Shown: piece after piece, positions 1 through 7,377 of the stretch | Layout of the letters: each line of letters opens with the position of its first letter | Numbering within the stretch: the first letter of the stretch is position 1 | DNA from: a virus | Virus record (IMG/VR): IMGVR_UViG_3300015063_000002 | Coordinates: 3,200 to 67,199 of that record | Reading direction: 5' to 3' (one strand) | DNA length: 64,000 bases | Program-made: the position numbers and the translations under genes | The notes under the pieces: generated by a model | Seen by the model: the letters and a program-made list of their open reading frames with translations, nothing else | What the model was told of the DNA's origin: nothing | Database searches by the model: none

Positions 1-6
1 GTCATT

Positions 7-474
7 TTAGAGGTAATACTGCCGGGAAACGATACTACTGATACCTTTGGTGACATTTTTGAAAACGTCTTGATAGTTTTCTTTAGGCATATTTGTTAGC
101 ACCAAACCGATAATAACTACAAGGATCAGTAAGCTAATGATTACAGCGAGAGGGATATTCCAGGCGGTGGGGTTAGCAGATTTCTCAAAAGGTGGGAGCG
201 GTATCACACTAGATTTTTCGTTAGCCCATTCCCCAGCCAGCCACTTTTGGGCCTGTGCCAGAGCAGGGTTGTTTGAGTCAATTGTAGCAGCCTGTCTAAT
301 AAGTTGGTCAGCTTCATTCAAATCAGGATTGGTAAAAGCCGCCCACAAAAGAAGGTTAAAGTCATTAGGGTTACTACTCAAAAGGGATTGAAGGAGTGAG
401 TAAGCTGCTTCTTTTTGATCATTTTGGGCCAGGCCAATCGCTTTATTGAATTTTGCTAGATCAGATGCGTTCAT
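7..474 (-). CDS. TPR-like helical N-terminus plus one TM helix; paralog of 39329-40201
   Basis: First ~85 aa align by eye with the 39329 protein (NP[NT]D[FV]NLLLW[AT]AFT...NPALAQA[QK][KG]WL); hydrophobic stretch IPLAVIISLLILVVIIGLVL. Confidence 0.65.
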   Translation of the reverse strand: MNASDLAKFNKAIGLAQNDQKEAAYSLLQSLLSSNPNDFNLLLWAAFTNPDLNEADQLIRQAATIDSNNPALAQAQKWLAGEWANEKSSVIPLPPFEKSANPTAWNIPLAVIISLLILVVIIGLVLTNMPKENYQDVFKNVTKGISSIVSRQYYL

Positions 475-496
475 ATAATCCTAGTTTCTTTGTATA

Positions 497-534
497 TGTG
501 AGAGTGGATAAGTTTTACATTACCCACTCTCACA
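497..534 (-). terminator. Hairpin at the 3' end of GGY-NN array B
   Basis: TGTGAGAGTGG (497-507) / CCACTCTCACA (524-534) perfect 11-bp inverted repeat, extendable with one mismatch. Confidence 0.7.
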
Positions 535-632
535 CCCACGTCTTGTCTTGCCTTGCCAAACCTCACCCGGCCTTACCTCACCTGACCATGCCGCGCCAGA
601 CCTCACCATCCCAGTCCGCACCCGGCCTTGCC
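533..632 (-). ncRNA. GGY-NN pentamer array B (putative VIPR-like guide RNA)
   Basis: Minus strand, 20 phased units: GGC-AA GGC-CG GGT-GC GGA-CT GGG-AT GGT-GA GGT-CT GGC-GC GGC-AT GGT-CA GGT-GA GGT-AA GGC-CG GGT-GA GGT-TT GGC-AA GGC-AA GAC-AA GAC-GT GGG-TG; 15/20 GGY; intergenic; ends in a hairpin. Confidence 0.8.
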
Positions 633-743
633 TGATTGTTCGCCACCCACTCCTTTAGAGAGCAAACGGCGGTGTAAAGTAACTTGTGGAAATTGCCGCG
701 AGATGACGGGATTCCGTCCAAAATGTTGGTATAATGACATTCC

Positions 744-776
744 GATACTAACCGGGGCGTAATCCCGGTTAGTATC
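744..776. terminator. Hairpin downstream of the XRE repressor gene
   Basis: GATACTAACCGGG / CCCGGTTAGTATC perfect 13-bp stem directly after the stop codon. Confidence 0.7.
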
Positions 777-1012
777 TAAACCGCCAGTGGGCTAAGAGTC
801 TTCTGGCGGTCTTCTTTTGGGTTCACCGCCTCAAACTCTGACAATTCAGAGAAATCAACGCCAAAGAACTTGGAAAGCTTAATCAGTGTGGTTGCATACG
901 CCTTACCGCCGCCCTCTAACCTAGTAATGGTAGCAGAACCAATTCCACTTTGAATTGCTAGACCACGCACCGATAAACCTCGATTCACCCTTAATTCTTT
1001 TATCTTGTTCAA
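776..1012 (-). CDS. XRE-family HTH repressor
   Basis: IKELRVNRGLSVRGLAIQSGIGSATITRLEGG is a cro/CI-type HTH; divergent from the SWIM operon. Confidence 0.9.
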   Translation of the reverse strand: MNKIKELRVNRGLSVRGLAIQSGIGSATITRLEGGGKAYATTLIKLSKFFGVDFSELSEFEAVNPKEDRQKTLSPLAV

Positions 1013-1080
1013 GCCGTAACCTCTTTCTCAAGCTGAACTTTGTAAATCCTACGATTTAACTATATCACACTTGATAACAC

Positions 1081-1108
1081 TTGACAAGATTTAATATGCT
1101 GGTATAAT
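1081..1108 (+). promoter_or_regulatory. Consensus sigma70 promoter of the SWIM/HNH/integrase operon
   Basis: TTGACA (1081-1086), 16 nt, TG-N-TATAAT (1103-1108); ACACTTGA direct repeats overlap the -35 (possible operators). Confidence 0.8.
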
Positions 1109-1224
1109 AAGATTACAGATGATTACACTTAATGACATCTGAGGCAAGGCCCGCCACTATTTGCGGTAGTGACAGGCCGGTTGATAAATCGAGTGACCAA
1201 TCTATCAAAAGGATTATACCTTAA

Positions 1225-1668
1225 ATGCTTACCTACAACGAACTAAATTTCTCCAACGCAGTCGGTGCTTCCCACAAGGCCCGCAAGGTCAAACCTAATG
1301 TTCGCATTGTTGACCTCGGTGAGTTCGATGTCAAATCGAGCCAGGGCGACTGCTATTACCGAGTAACGTTCCACGAGTCACCTGATGGCGATACCGCTTT
1401 TGAGTGCGAGTGTTTGGCCCATACGCACGGCGGTAGGAAATGCTATCACGTTGGGGCGTGCGAATCGCTTTACATTAACCAGCAAGCTCAGGCCCTCCGG
1501 GTTTCCGAGCGTGCCGCCGTCCTTATAGCTCAGGTTGAGGAAATTATCGCAACTGAGATGGCCGCCCAAGTACACAAGTGCCGGGATTGCAACGAATCAG
1601 CCGTTACGACTGAGGGCCGTTGCAATCGTTGCCAGGCCCAAAAAGACAGGGAGGACATTTTCGGATGA
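1225..1668 (+). CDS. SWIM zinc-finger protein; paralog of 30097-30528
   Basis: CECLAHTHGGRKCYHV = CxC...CxH SWIM motif; C-terminal CxxC...CxxC; ends DREDIFG like the paralog. Confidence 0.8.
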   Translation: MLTYNELNFSNAVGASHKARKVKPNVRIVDLGEFDVKSSQGDCYYRVTFHESPDGDTAFECECLAHTHGGRKCYHVGACESLYINQQAQALRVSERAAVLIAQVEEIIATEMAAQVHKCRDCNESAVTTEGRCNRCQAQKDREDIFG

Positions 1669-1850
1669 CCATCACTCGAACCAACCTCAACCGGCGACTG
1701 ATTAGCCGCCGGTTACACCCCTCAAATAGCCAGTTGAGGGAATGTGCGAAATGTTACCAAGTCGCTACAGTCGGTCGGCTTTGTTTCGACCACTGGCGGC
1801 AAAGGGTATTTACAGCAGTATGGGTCGGTTTTGAGGAGGTGGCCTCATGA
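1665..1850 (+). CDS. Small Cys/His protein; paralog of 29951-30100
   Basis: ATGA-coupled to the SWIM gene; MTITRTNLNRRL...ECAKCYQVA...RLCFDHWRQ. Confidence 0.65.
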   Translation: MTITRTNLNRRLISRRLHPSNSQLRECAKCYQVATVGRLCFDHWRQRVFTAVWVGFEEVAS

Positions 1851-2257
1851 CGATGCAAAATTACTACCAAACCCGAAGGGCTTTTTTGAGACAATCGCCA
1901 CATTACAACGTGATTTGTCGGCACAACCACCGAGCGCATAAGTGTGGGGCTAAAGGCCGACTTCACCATCGGGCGTTGGTGCGATTCTACCAGATTTACC
2001 ATCCTGTTTGCCTACGCTGTGGTGCTACCGAGTGCTTGAGCCTTGACCACATTGTGCCGCTTTGCCGGGGCGGGCGAGGTGACATTTCTAATTTGCAGCT
2101 TTTGTGCGTAGGTTGCAATAGCTCTAAACGTGAAGCTATCGCTGATTACCGTCGTCCCTGGCAAAAGGTTCAAGCCCAGTTCTTTAATGATTACTATCGG
2201 CTAAAAAAGGTTTATCGCCGGGCGTTAGGGCGGTTCAAGGAGGCAGCATCATGGTAG
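1847..2257 (+). CDS. HNH endonuclease
   Basis: CLRCG...LDHIVPLCRGG...NLQLLCVGCNSSK. Confidence 0.9.
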   Translation: MTMQNYYQTRRAFLRQSPHYNVICRHNHRAHKCGAKGRLHHRALVRFYQIYHPVCLRCGATECLSLDHIVPLCRGGRGDISNLQLLCVGCNSSKREAIADYRRPWQKVQAQFFNDYYRLKKVYRRALGRFKEAASW

Positions 2258-2814
2258 ACATCGAGATTTCCATCCCCTTCCACAAAGGCGACTACCCGGT
2301 TAACGATAACTACCAAGCCGAAGTTCTGGAAAGCATGGTCAAGTTTGCGGCTGAGTGCTACAACAGTGACTTCCTCTGGAAACCGACACTAGCGGCTATG
2401 AAGAGTGATTTTCCTGGCCTGGAAGTGATACGCGAGTCTCCTTTAGACGAGCTGCTTTTTCTCTTATTCAACGAAGGTCATTATTTTGACGACGACTTCG
2501 AGCAGGGCCTTCGTATGTACTCGAAGAAAGCAAATGCTAATTTGAGTGAACTGGAGTTGAAGGCGGCAAGGTATCTTTACGAAGTTGGCCTCAAACTTTC
2601 CAGGGAGTTTGCCGAGAAGTACAAGAACTACTTTGAGCAAGCTCTGGATGAAGACCTTCATGCCCCTAATTACGCCTTTATAAAAGCTTGTGAGAAGGCT
2701 GGTTTACCCATTACCAATTGGGCTAAATGGTGGCCTGAAGAGTTCGCCTACCTGTATTACTATGTCTACGACGATAAAGATGAGAAACCGGGTGATAGCC
2801 ATGAGAAGGTTTAA
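2251..2814 (+). CDS. Hypothetical protein
   Basis: 187-aa ORF overlapping both neighbours in the operon. Confidence 0.6.
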   Translation: MVDIEISIPFHKGDYPVNDNYQAEVLESMVKFAAECYNSDFLWKPTLAAMKSDFPGLEVIRESPLDELLFLLFNEGHYFDDDFEQGLRMYSKKANANLSELELKAARYLYEVGLKLSREFAEKYKNYFEQALDEDLHAPNYAFIKACEKAGLPITNWAKWWPEEFAYLYYYVYDDKDEKPGDSHEKV

Positions 2815-4201
2815 TACTTTGCGCTCGGATTTAGTAGAGGAGGGTCGATCCCGGCCCTCACGCCCGGCACACACCCGGCAAGACCCCATGACAGTAGGAA
2901 ATTTGGTAAGTGCTTACCATCGTTACGGTTGGTCGGTCGGTAAGCGGGATGCAACTCAACAAATCCACAAATACGCGCTGGCTCATTTTGAAGAGTTCGC
3001 CGGTGCTGATAGGTTGGTTAACGAAATTGACGCACAGCTTTTGGATGATTATAGGTATAGTCTCGTCCAAAAAGGTTTGAAAACCGTGTCAGTCAATAGC
3101 TATCTTCGGAGCTTACGCGCCCTTTTTCGTTGGGCCAACCGTTCCGGGCGGGCTACGGTAGATTATCAATTCCCTACTATTGAGTTTATGCGGCGCGGCC
3201 CTATCACTCCGAAAGAGGTGGTTAATCAAGAAGAGTTTGGGATGCTGCTTGAGGCTACTAACCGCGAGTCTACTACGCTTTTACAGGTCAGGGCTAGAGC
3301 AATCCTTATGATACTTTATGACACTGGTTTACGAGCAAGTGAGCTTTGCGGAGCGCAGTGGGGTGATTTAGAACATTCCATTATTGATGGTCAGGCAAGT
3401 CACACTCTAAGAATCCAAAGTGCAAAAGGTGGCGATCCTCGTATTTTGCCTTTACATCCAAACACCTGGGCGACTATTAGAGAGTATCGTGCGGAACTAT
3501 TGAGGCCGCATGGCAGGGGCTATCGTAAACGTGGTAACGATCCAACGTGGTTATTTGTGTCTAATCGAGATATGAGTGAGCCACTAACTGTATCCGGCCT
3601 ACGCCGCCTTTGCGAACGTTTGGGGCGGCATTGCCAGATACACGCTAACCCTCACAAGTTTCGTCATAGTTTTGCTTCCTCCTGGATCAATCAAACAGAG
3701 GGGCAAGAGATAGAAACATTGATCGAAATTGCCGGATGGAAAGACCGCAAAATGTTGGAGGTCTATGGTCATTACCAAACCCCAAGTCTAGTTAGGGCTG
3801 CTCGGCGTAACAGCCCCATCAACAATCTTACAGGTTTTAAGAAGTCATCCAACACTCTGCCCGATCTGTTGGCTGAGGATGGTATACAAGACCCTAAAGA
3901 ACGCAAGGCTCAAGAGGTATTGCGACGTTTTAAGTATAAATATCATGCTGACGTGGAGTCGGGGTGCTGGGTTTGGATTGGTGGCGTCTCGCTTAAATAT
4001 AAACAACCACTTTTTATGGTGGAACGACACATGATCCGGGCAGCTAGATGGATATACGAGCATGATATAGGCCCAATCCCACCATCTTATGTTGTGTGGC
4101 AAACTTGCCAGAATCGTCTTTGTGTCAACCCGGCTCACTTGGTAGCGGGTTCAGTAGCCGAACTGCAAGCCCTTCGGCGTACAGCACTTTCCGTAGAATG
4201 A
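2801..4201 (+). CDS. Tyrosine recombinase with C-terminal HNH-like domain
   Basis: GLRASE, HKFRH, GW...Y catalytic set; C-terminal GCWVWIG...TCQNRLCVNPAHL; start taken at MRRFN (2801) rather than the upstream GTG. Confidence 0.85.
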   Translation: MRRFNTLRSDLVEEGRSRPSRPAHTRQDPMTVGNLVSAYHRYGWSVGKRDATQQIHKYALAHFEEFAGADRLVNEIDAQLLDDYRYSLVQKGLKTVSVNSYLRSLRALFRWANRSGRATVDYQFPTIEFMRRGPITPKEVVNQEEFGMLLEATNRESTTLLQVRARAILMILYDTGLRASELCGAQWGDLEHSIIDGQASHTLRIQSAKGGDPRILPLHPNTWATIREYRAELLRPHGRGYRKRGNDPTWLFVSNRDMSEPLTVSGLRRLCERLGRHCQIHANPHKFRHSFASSWINQTEGQEIETLIEIAGWKDRKMLEVYGHYQTPSLVRAARRNSPINNLTGFKKSSNTLPDLLAEDGIQDPKERKAQEVLRRFKYKYHADVESGCWVWIGGVSLKYKQPLFMVERHMIRAARWIYEHDIGPIPPSYVVWQTCQNRLCVNPAHLVAGSVAELQALRRTALSVE

Positions 4202-4306
4202 ACACAAACGACTCTTTACCCTTTTCCCGACTAGCACCCAGTGTGCAAGCCAGTAACCGGCTTAGTCGGTTACTGGCCTCATGAACCTAAAAGAGGAGAA
4301 ATTTTG

Positions 4307-4579
4307 ATGACAACCAACAAGATCGAAGGAGATGTGCCAGTAACTACAGAAATTGAACATATTAGGGTAGTTTTTATAGAAGCCTGGGCCTGCTTGAACT
4401 ATTTCGACATCAAAGCGTTAGCGACGGCCCGTAACAATGGCCGTCATAACCCACCTGATGAAAAAGACCTGATTGCACTATATTTGTGCGGTCGGGTAGC
4501 ACACTTGCCGGTAACTGACCCGTTTGAGGCTTGGGGAGCGGCTAGGGCTTTACTGATTAACAACGATACACAAATTTAA
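4307..4579 (+). CDS. Small hypothetical protein upstream of the RAMP gene
   Basis: RBS AGAGGAG then ATG at 4307; 90 aa. Confidence 0.6.
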   Translation: MTTNKIEGDVPVTTEIEHIRVVFIEAWACLNYFDIKALATARNNGRHNPPDEKDLIALYLCGRVAHLPVTDPFEAWGAARALLINNDTQI

Positions 4580-4606
4580 TACATACTAGGTAAGGAGACG
4601 ATTCTA

Positions 4607-5200
4607 ATGGCAACTAACAACATCTTACAGGCGAAAGTGACAATCAAGGGTACTCGCGGTCTACTCTGGCATCACTTCGGCCCTGATGCTATCCCTTTAG
4701 AGAAGCAGGAACGAACGGGGGTAGCTGGTAACGATCCCGAAGAGTGGCGTAAAACTGTTCTCATGTTACCCGATACCCGTCAGCTTTACCTCAAACCCAC
4801 CTACGTTTTCGGCACTCTTCGGGATGGAGCTAAGTACACTGCCCGCAAGCGCGGTACACTACAACCCTTCCTGGCTGCCACGTTACAGGTGATGGATGAG
4901 TTGATTTTGATCGATGACAGGTTTGTCCCGGTTGAGCCACTACCGACCGAACCAACTAAGCTTGTTTATCTGGACATTCAATCGGTTAGAAATCCGGCTA
5001 CTAAGGCCCGTAACGTCCGTTATCGGATCGCCGCCGCACCCGGCTGGACTTGTAGTTTTAACCTTATGTGGGATAAAACCATCGTCAGCCGGGGCGAGAT
5101 GGAGGCCGCAACGATTGATGCGGGCCGGTTTTGCGGCCTGGGGGACGGTCGTTCGGTCGGCTATGGTCGCTTCGGGATTGAAGCTTTCGAGGTTGAGTAA
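4607..5200 (+). CDS. Stand-alone RAMP / Cas7-like protein (putative Vipr-like)
   Basis: N-terminal strand KVTIKGTRGLLWH, LYLKPTYVFGTLRDGAK, and C-terminal glycine-rich loop AGRFCGLGDGRSVGYGRF typical of RAMPs; RBS AAGGAG; no other cas gene in the window. Confidence 0.8.
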   Translation: MATNNILQAKVTIKGTRGLLWHHFGPDAIPLEKQERTGVAGNDPEEWRKTVLMLPDTRQLYLKPTYVFGTLRDGAKYTARKRGTLQPFLAATLQVMDELILIDDRFVPVEPLPTEPTKLVYLDIQSVRNPATKARNVRYRIAAAPGWTCSFNLMWDKTIVSRGEMEAATIDAGRFCGLGDGRSVGYGRFGIEAFEVE

Positions 5201-5244
5201 TACGGGGCTATTGATTTGTTAAAGTGCCTGGGGAAGGAGGCTCA

Positions 5245-5559
5245 ATGCCAAGAAAAAGACAACCTAGAGAGATTTGGCGAGAAACCCGTAAAAAGGTTTT
5301 AGCCAGAGATGATTACAAATGTGTGAGGTGTAGGTCGCCGGTAGCTGTTGGGACTGCTCACATTGACCACATCCGTAGCGGCAAACTCGGTACTAACGAA
5401 ATGTCCAACCTTAGAACCCTTTGCCGCTTATGTCACGCTACCAGAGCCGATCACCGACATCAAGGACTGAGTGCAAAGCTAGTCCGTGAAGGTTTGCTTC
5501 CTCCTAACTGGCGAGAGCTAGTTTGGGAGGATAGCGAACTATCTAACATGGGTAGTTAG
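5245..5559 (+). CDS. Small HNH endonuclease between the RAMP gene and array A
   Basis: CVRC...AHIDHIRSGKLGTNEMSNLRTLCRLCHATR; RBS AAGGAGG before ATG 5245. Confidence 0.85.
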   Translation: MPRKRQPREIWRETRKKVLARDDYKCVRCRSPVAVGTAHIDHIRSGKLGTNEMSNLRTLCRLCHATRADHRHQGLSAKLVREGLLPPNWRELVWEDSELSNMGS

Positions 5560-5571
5560 CTACCCAACAAT
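5543..5571 (+). promoter_or_regulatory. Possible promoter for array A
   Basis: CTAACA, 17 nt, AACAAT; would place +1 at about the first GG (5577); weak match to consensus; overlaps hairpin GGGTAG-TTAG-CTACCC. Confidence 0.35.
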
Positions 5572-5576
5572 AACCC

Positions 5577-5666
5577 GGTTTGTTTTGGTCAGGCGTGTCA
5601 TGGTGGGGCGAGGTGCGGTGCGTTCAGGTCAGGCGTGGTACGGCTAGATAAGATAAGATATGGTAA
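5577..5666 (+). ncRNA. GGY-NN pentamer array A (putative VIPR-like guide RNA)
   Basis: 18 phased units: GGT-TT GTT-TT GGT-CA GGC-GT GTC-AT GGT-GG GGC-GA GGT-GC GGT-GC GTT-CA GGT-CA GGC-GT GGT-AC GGC-TA GAT-AA GAT-AA GAT-AT GGT-AA; all triplets fit GNY, 12/18 GGY. Confidence 0.85.
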
Positions 5667-5694
5667 CGCTACTACTAACAAGTGGTAGCGTTTT
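5665..5694 (+). terminator. Intrinsic terminator closing array A
   Basis: AACGCTACTAC-taacaa-GTGGTAGCGTT followed by TT. Confidence 0.75.
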
Positions 5695-5757
5695 AAATTG
5701 CTTAGAAAAATGTGGCATTTAAACACAGACCGAACCAGTTTACTTTAGCAAAAGTAA

Positions 5758-6261
5758 TTAGTTCCCAAACATATCTTTATCAAAAGAAGTAGCCCCGGCC
5801 TTAACCACTGCGTCAGTTGCTTGCCCCAAGACTTGAAAGAAGGGCCGGGCTGGGTCAGTGGGGGTGCCAAACTCCTGGAAAGAAGCGACGTTTGTGGGGT
5901 CAATCACACTCATGACGGCTTGCCAGGCAACCGTTTCTTTACCCCCGTCACCACCACTGTCACCCTGTGGCTGGCCATACTCGATCTTGGGGCTGAGGGC
6001 GGCTTTCTTCAAATCGCCCTTTCGCTCCAGGATTTTCTTACCGCCAAAAGCTCTGGACTTGAATTTCTGGTAGTCGGGTGAGAGAGCTTCCCAGTTCTCG
6101 CCGCCGGGCGTGCGTTCGGAGTTGAAGCCCTCTTCGACCTCTTTAAGAAACTGTTTGGCCGCGACACTCAAACTGGATTTGAGCGACTTCTTAACTTTGG
6201 TCGCACTCAGTTCGGCCAGTGGGTTACTTACGAGCTTGACTTTGGTTTTGAGTGTCGGCAT
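5758..6261 (-). CDS. Phage virion morphogenesis / tail completion-like protein
   Basis: FNSERTPGGENWEALSPDY...ILERKGDL...FQEFGT...PARPFF pattern; last gene of the structural operon. Confidence 0.7.
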   Translation of the reverse strand: MPTLKTKVKLVSNPLAELSATKVKKSLKSSLSVAAKQFLKEVEEGFNSERTPGGENWEALSPDYQKFKSRAFGGKKILERKGDLKKAALSPKIEYGQPQGDSGGDGGKETVAWQAVMSVIDPTNVASFQEFGTPTDPARPFFQVLGQATDAVVKAGATSFDKDMFGN

Positions 6262-6272
6262 AGCCTTTTTCC

Positions 6273-6626
6273 TTAGCCCTGCCCGATGGCACCGGCGTTT
6301 TGCATTTTCAAATCTTGCTCTTTAATTTTTAGCTCGATAGAGATGATCTTCTGACAGAGCTTGGTCTTTAGGTCGATCAGTTGGATAGCTTGCATTAGAC
6401 CGGCGGGTTGTTCGAGGAAACCACCGGCACGGGGTAGTATCCTTTTGTCCGACGCCAACCACACGTCAAATACTTCTTGTTCGAGCGGGGTGTGAGCGGG
6501 TAGTCGGGCTAGTTCGATATGCAGGAGGGCAAGCTGGGCCGGTGGATCGAGGGCTTCCAGACCCTGCCACCACGACGATCCTTTACTGTTCCCCTTTTCG
6601 CGTGCGTGGAAAGGTGGCCGGGCCAA
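6273..6626 (-). CDS. Probable tail assembly chaperone extension (T-like ORF)
   Basis: Overlaps the 3' end of 6583-7281 in another frame; LPRAGGFLEQPAGLM resembles chaperone-associated motifs. Confidence 0.45.
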   Translation of the reverse strand: MARPPFHAREKGNSKGSSWWQGLEALDPPAQLALLHIELARLPAHTPLEQEVFDVWLASDKRILPRAGGFLEQPAGLMQAIQLIDLKTKLCQKIISIELKIKEQDLKMQNAGAIGQG

Positions 6627-7281
6627 TCTTGCCCGCCTCTTTCGCCCGCTTCTCGGCCTTATTTACGGTTTTAGTTGCGGCCAGCATAAGGGTCTCGCTA
6701 TCCGGGTGATCGGCTCCGGTTGGGTTATCCAGGTCAATTGCAGCGTAAGCCTGCTCGACCTCGGCTTTCTCAGCGTCGTTCAGGCGGTTAGGGTCTTCTT
6801 CGCTGTTCGGTTGGCCTTCAACTTTGCTTTCGGTTTCGGCCTCGGCTTCGGCTTCGACCACTGGATACCAGTGAGGGTTGCAATCCTTTGCGGCCCGCCA
6901 CAAAGCTTCGACTTCAGCCGCTCGGTTAGCTAGACAGACCTGACCGACGAGTTTTACCCATACGCCCGGATCGCTCATGAGATCGGCGATGAAGCCCTGG
7001 CTATCCCACTTGACGCCGTGAATGTCCTTGTCTTCGGCTTTCACCGGCTCCACCCGCTCTAAGGAAGAGACGACATCGGTGTAGTAGTCTAGTAGCTCGT
7101 AAGCTCCCAACCGGGCGGCGGGCCGCTTGATACCAGCCACGTAACGCTGGGCGTTACTGGCAAGCGGGTGGCGGGCGTAATCTGCTTCTACGTCGTTTTC
7201 GACAAGCGTCCACAGCAGTTCACCCATTTCAACAGTTTTAGTTTTGCCTTTTAACATCTCTTCTCTTCTCTCTTTTCTCAC
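6583..7281 (-). CDS. Probable tail assembly chaperone (G-like)
   Basis: Position directly after the tail tube gene; acidic and helical. Confidence 0.45.
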   Translation of the reverse strand: MRKERREEMLKGKTKTVEMGELLWTLVENDVEADYARHPLASNAQRYVAGIKRPAARLGAYELLDYYTDVVSSLERVEPVKAEDKDIHGVKWDSQGFIADLMSDPGVWVKLVGQVCLANRAAEVEALWRAAKDCNPHWYPVVEAEAEAETESKVEGQPNSEEDPNRLNDAEKAEVEQAYAAIDLDNPTGADHPDSETLMLAATKTVNKAEKRAKEAGKIGPATFPRTRKGEQ

Positions 7282-7295
7282 TTTAATTCAGGGGT

Positions 7296-7326
7296 AGTCG
7301 CGTTAACCCAAAAGGTTAACGCGACT
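7296..7326. terminator. Hairpin after the tail tube gene
   Basis: AGTCGCGTTAACC / GGTTAACGCGACT perfect 13-bp stem. Confidence 0.7.
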
Positions 7327-7377
7327 TAGAAACACAACGAGGGTAAGCAGGTAAGGGGCAAACAGGAGAGGGCTGGG

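Noticed and set aside
453-635. 60-aa plus-strand ORF over array B
   Set aside because: Antisense to the flanking genes, no RBS, and low-complexity Pro/His content explained by the pentamer repeat.
948-965. Partial gapped match to array B (CTnGCnATnCA) in the XRE repressor gene
   Set aside because: Four units only; the neighbouring units mismatch.
2690-2800. Upstream 37-codon extension of the integrase in the ORF track
   Set aside because: It overlaps the preceding gene by more than 100 nt; ATG 2801 with a short overlap is more plausible.
533-5694. Calling the arrays CRISPR
   Set aside because: No 25-45 nt repeats with spacers; the period is 5 nt. No canonical CRISPR array or cas1/cas2 was seen in the window.
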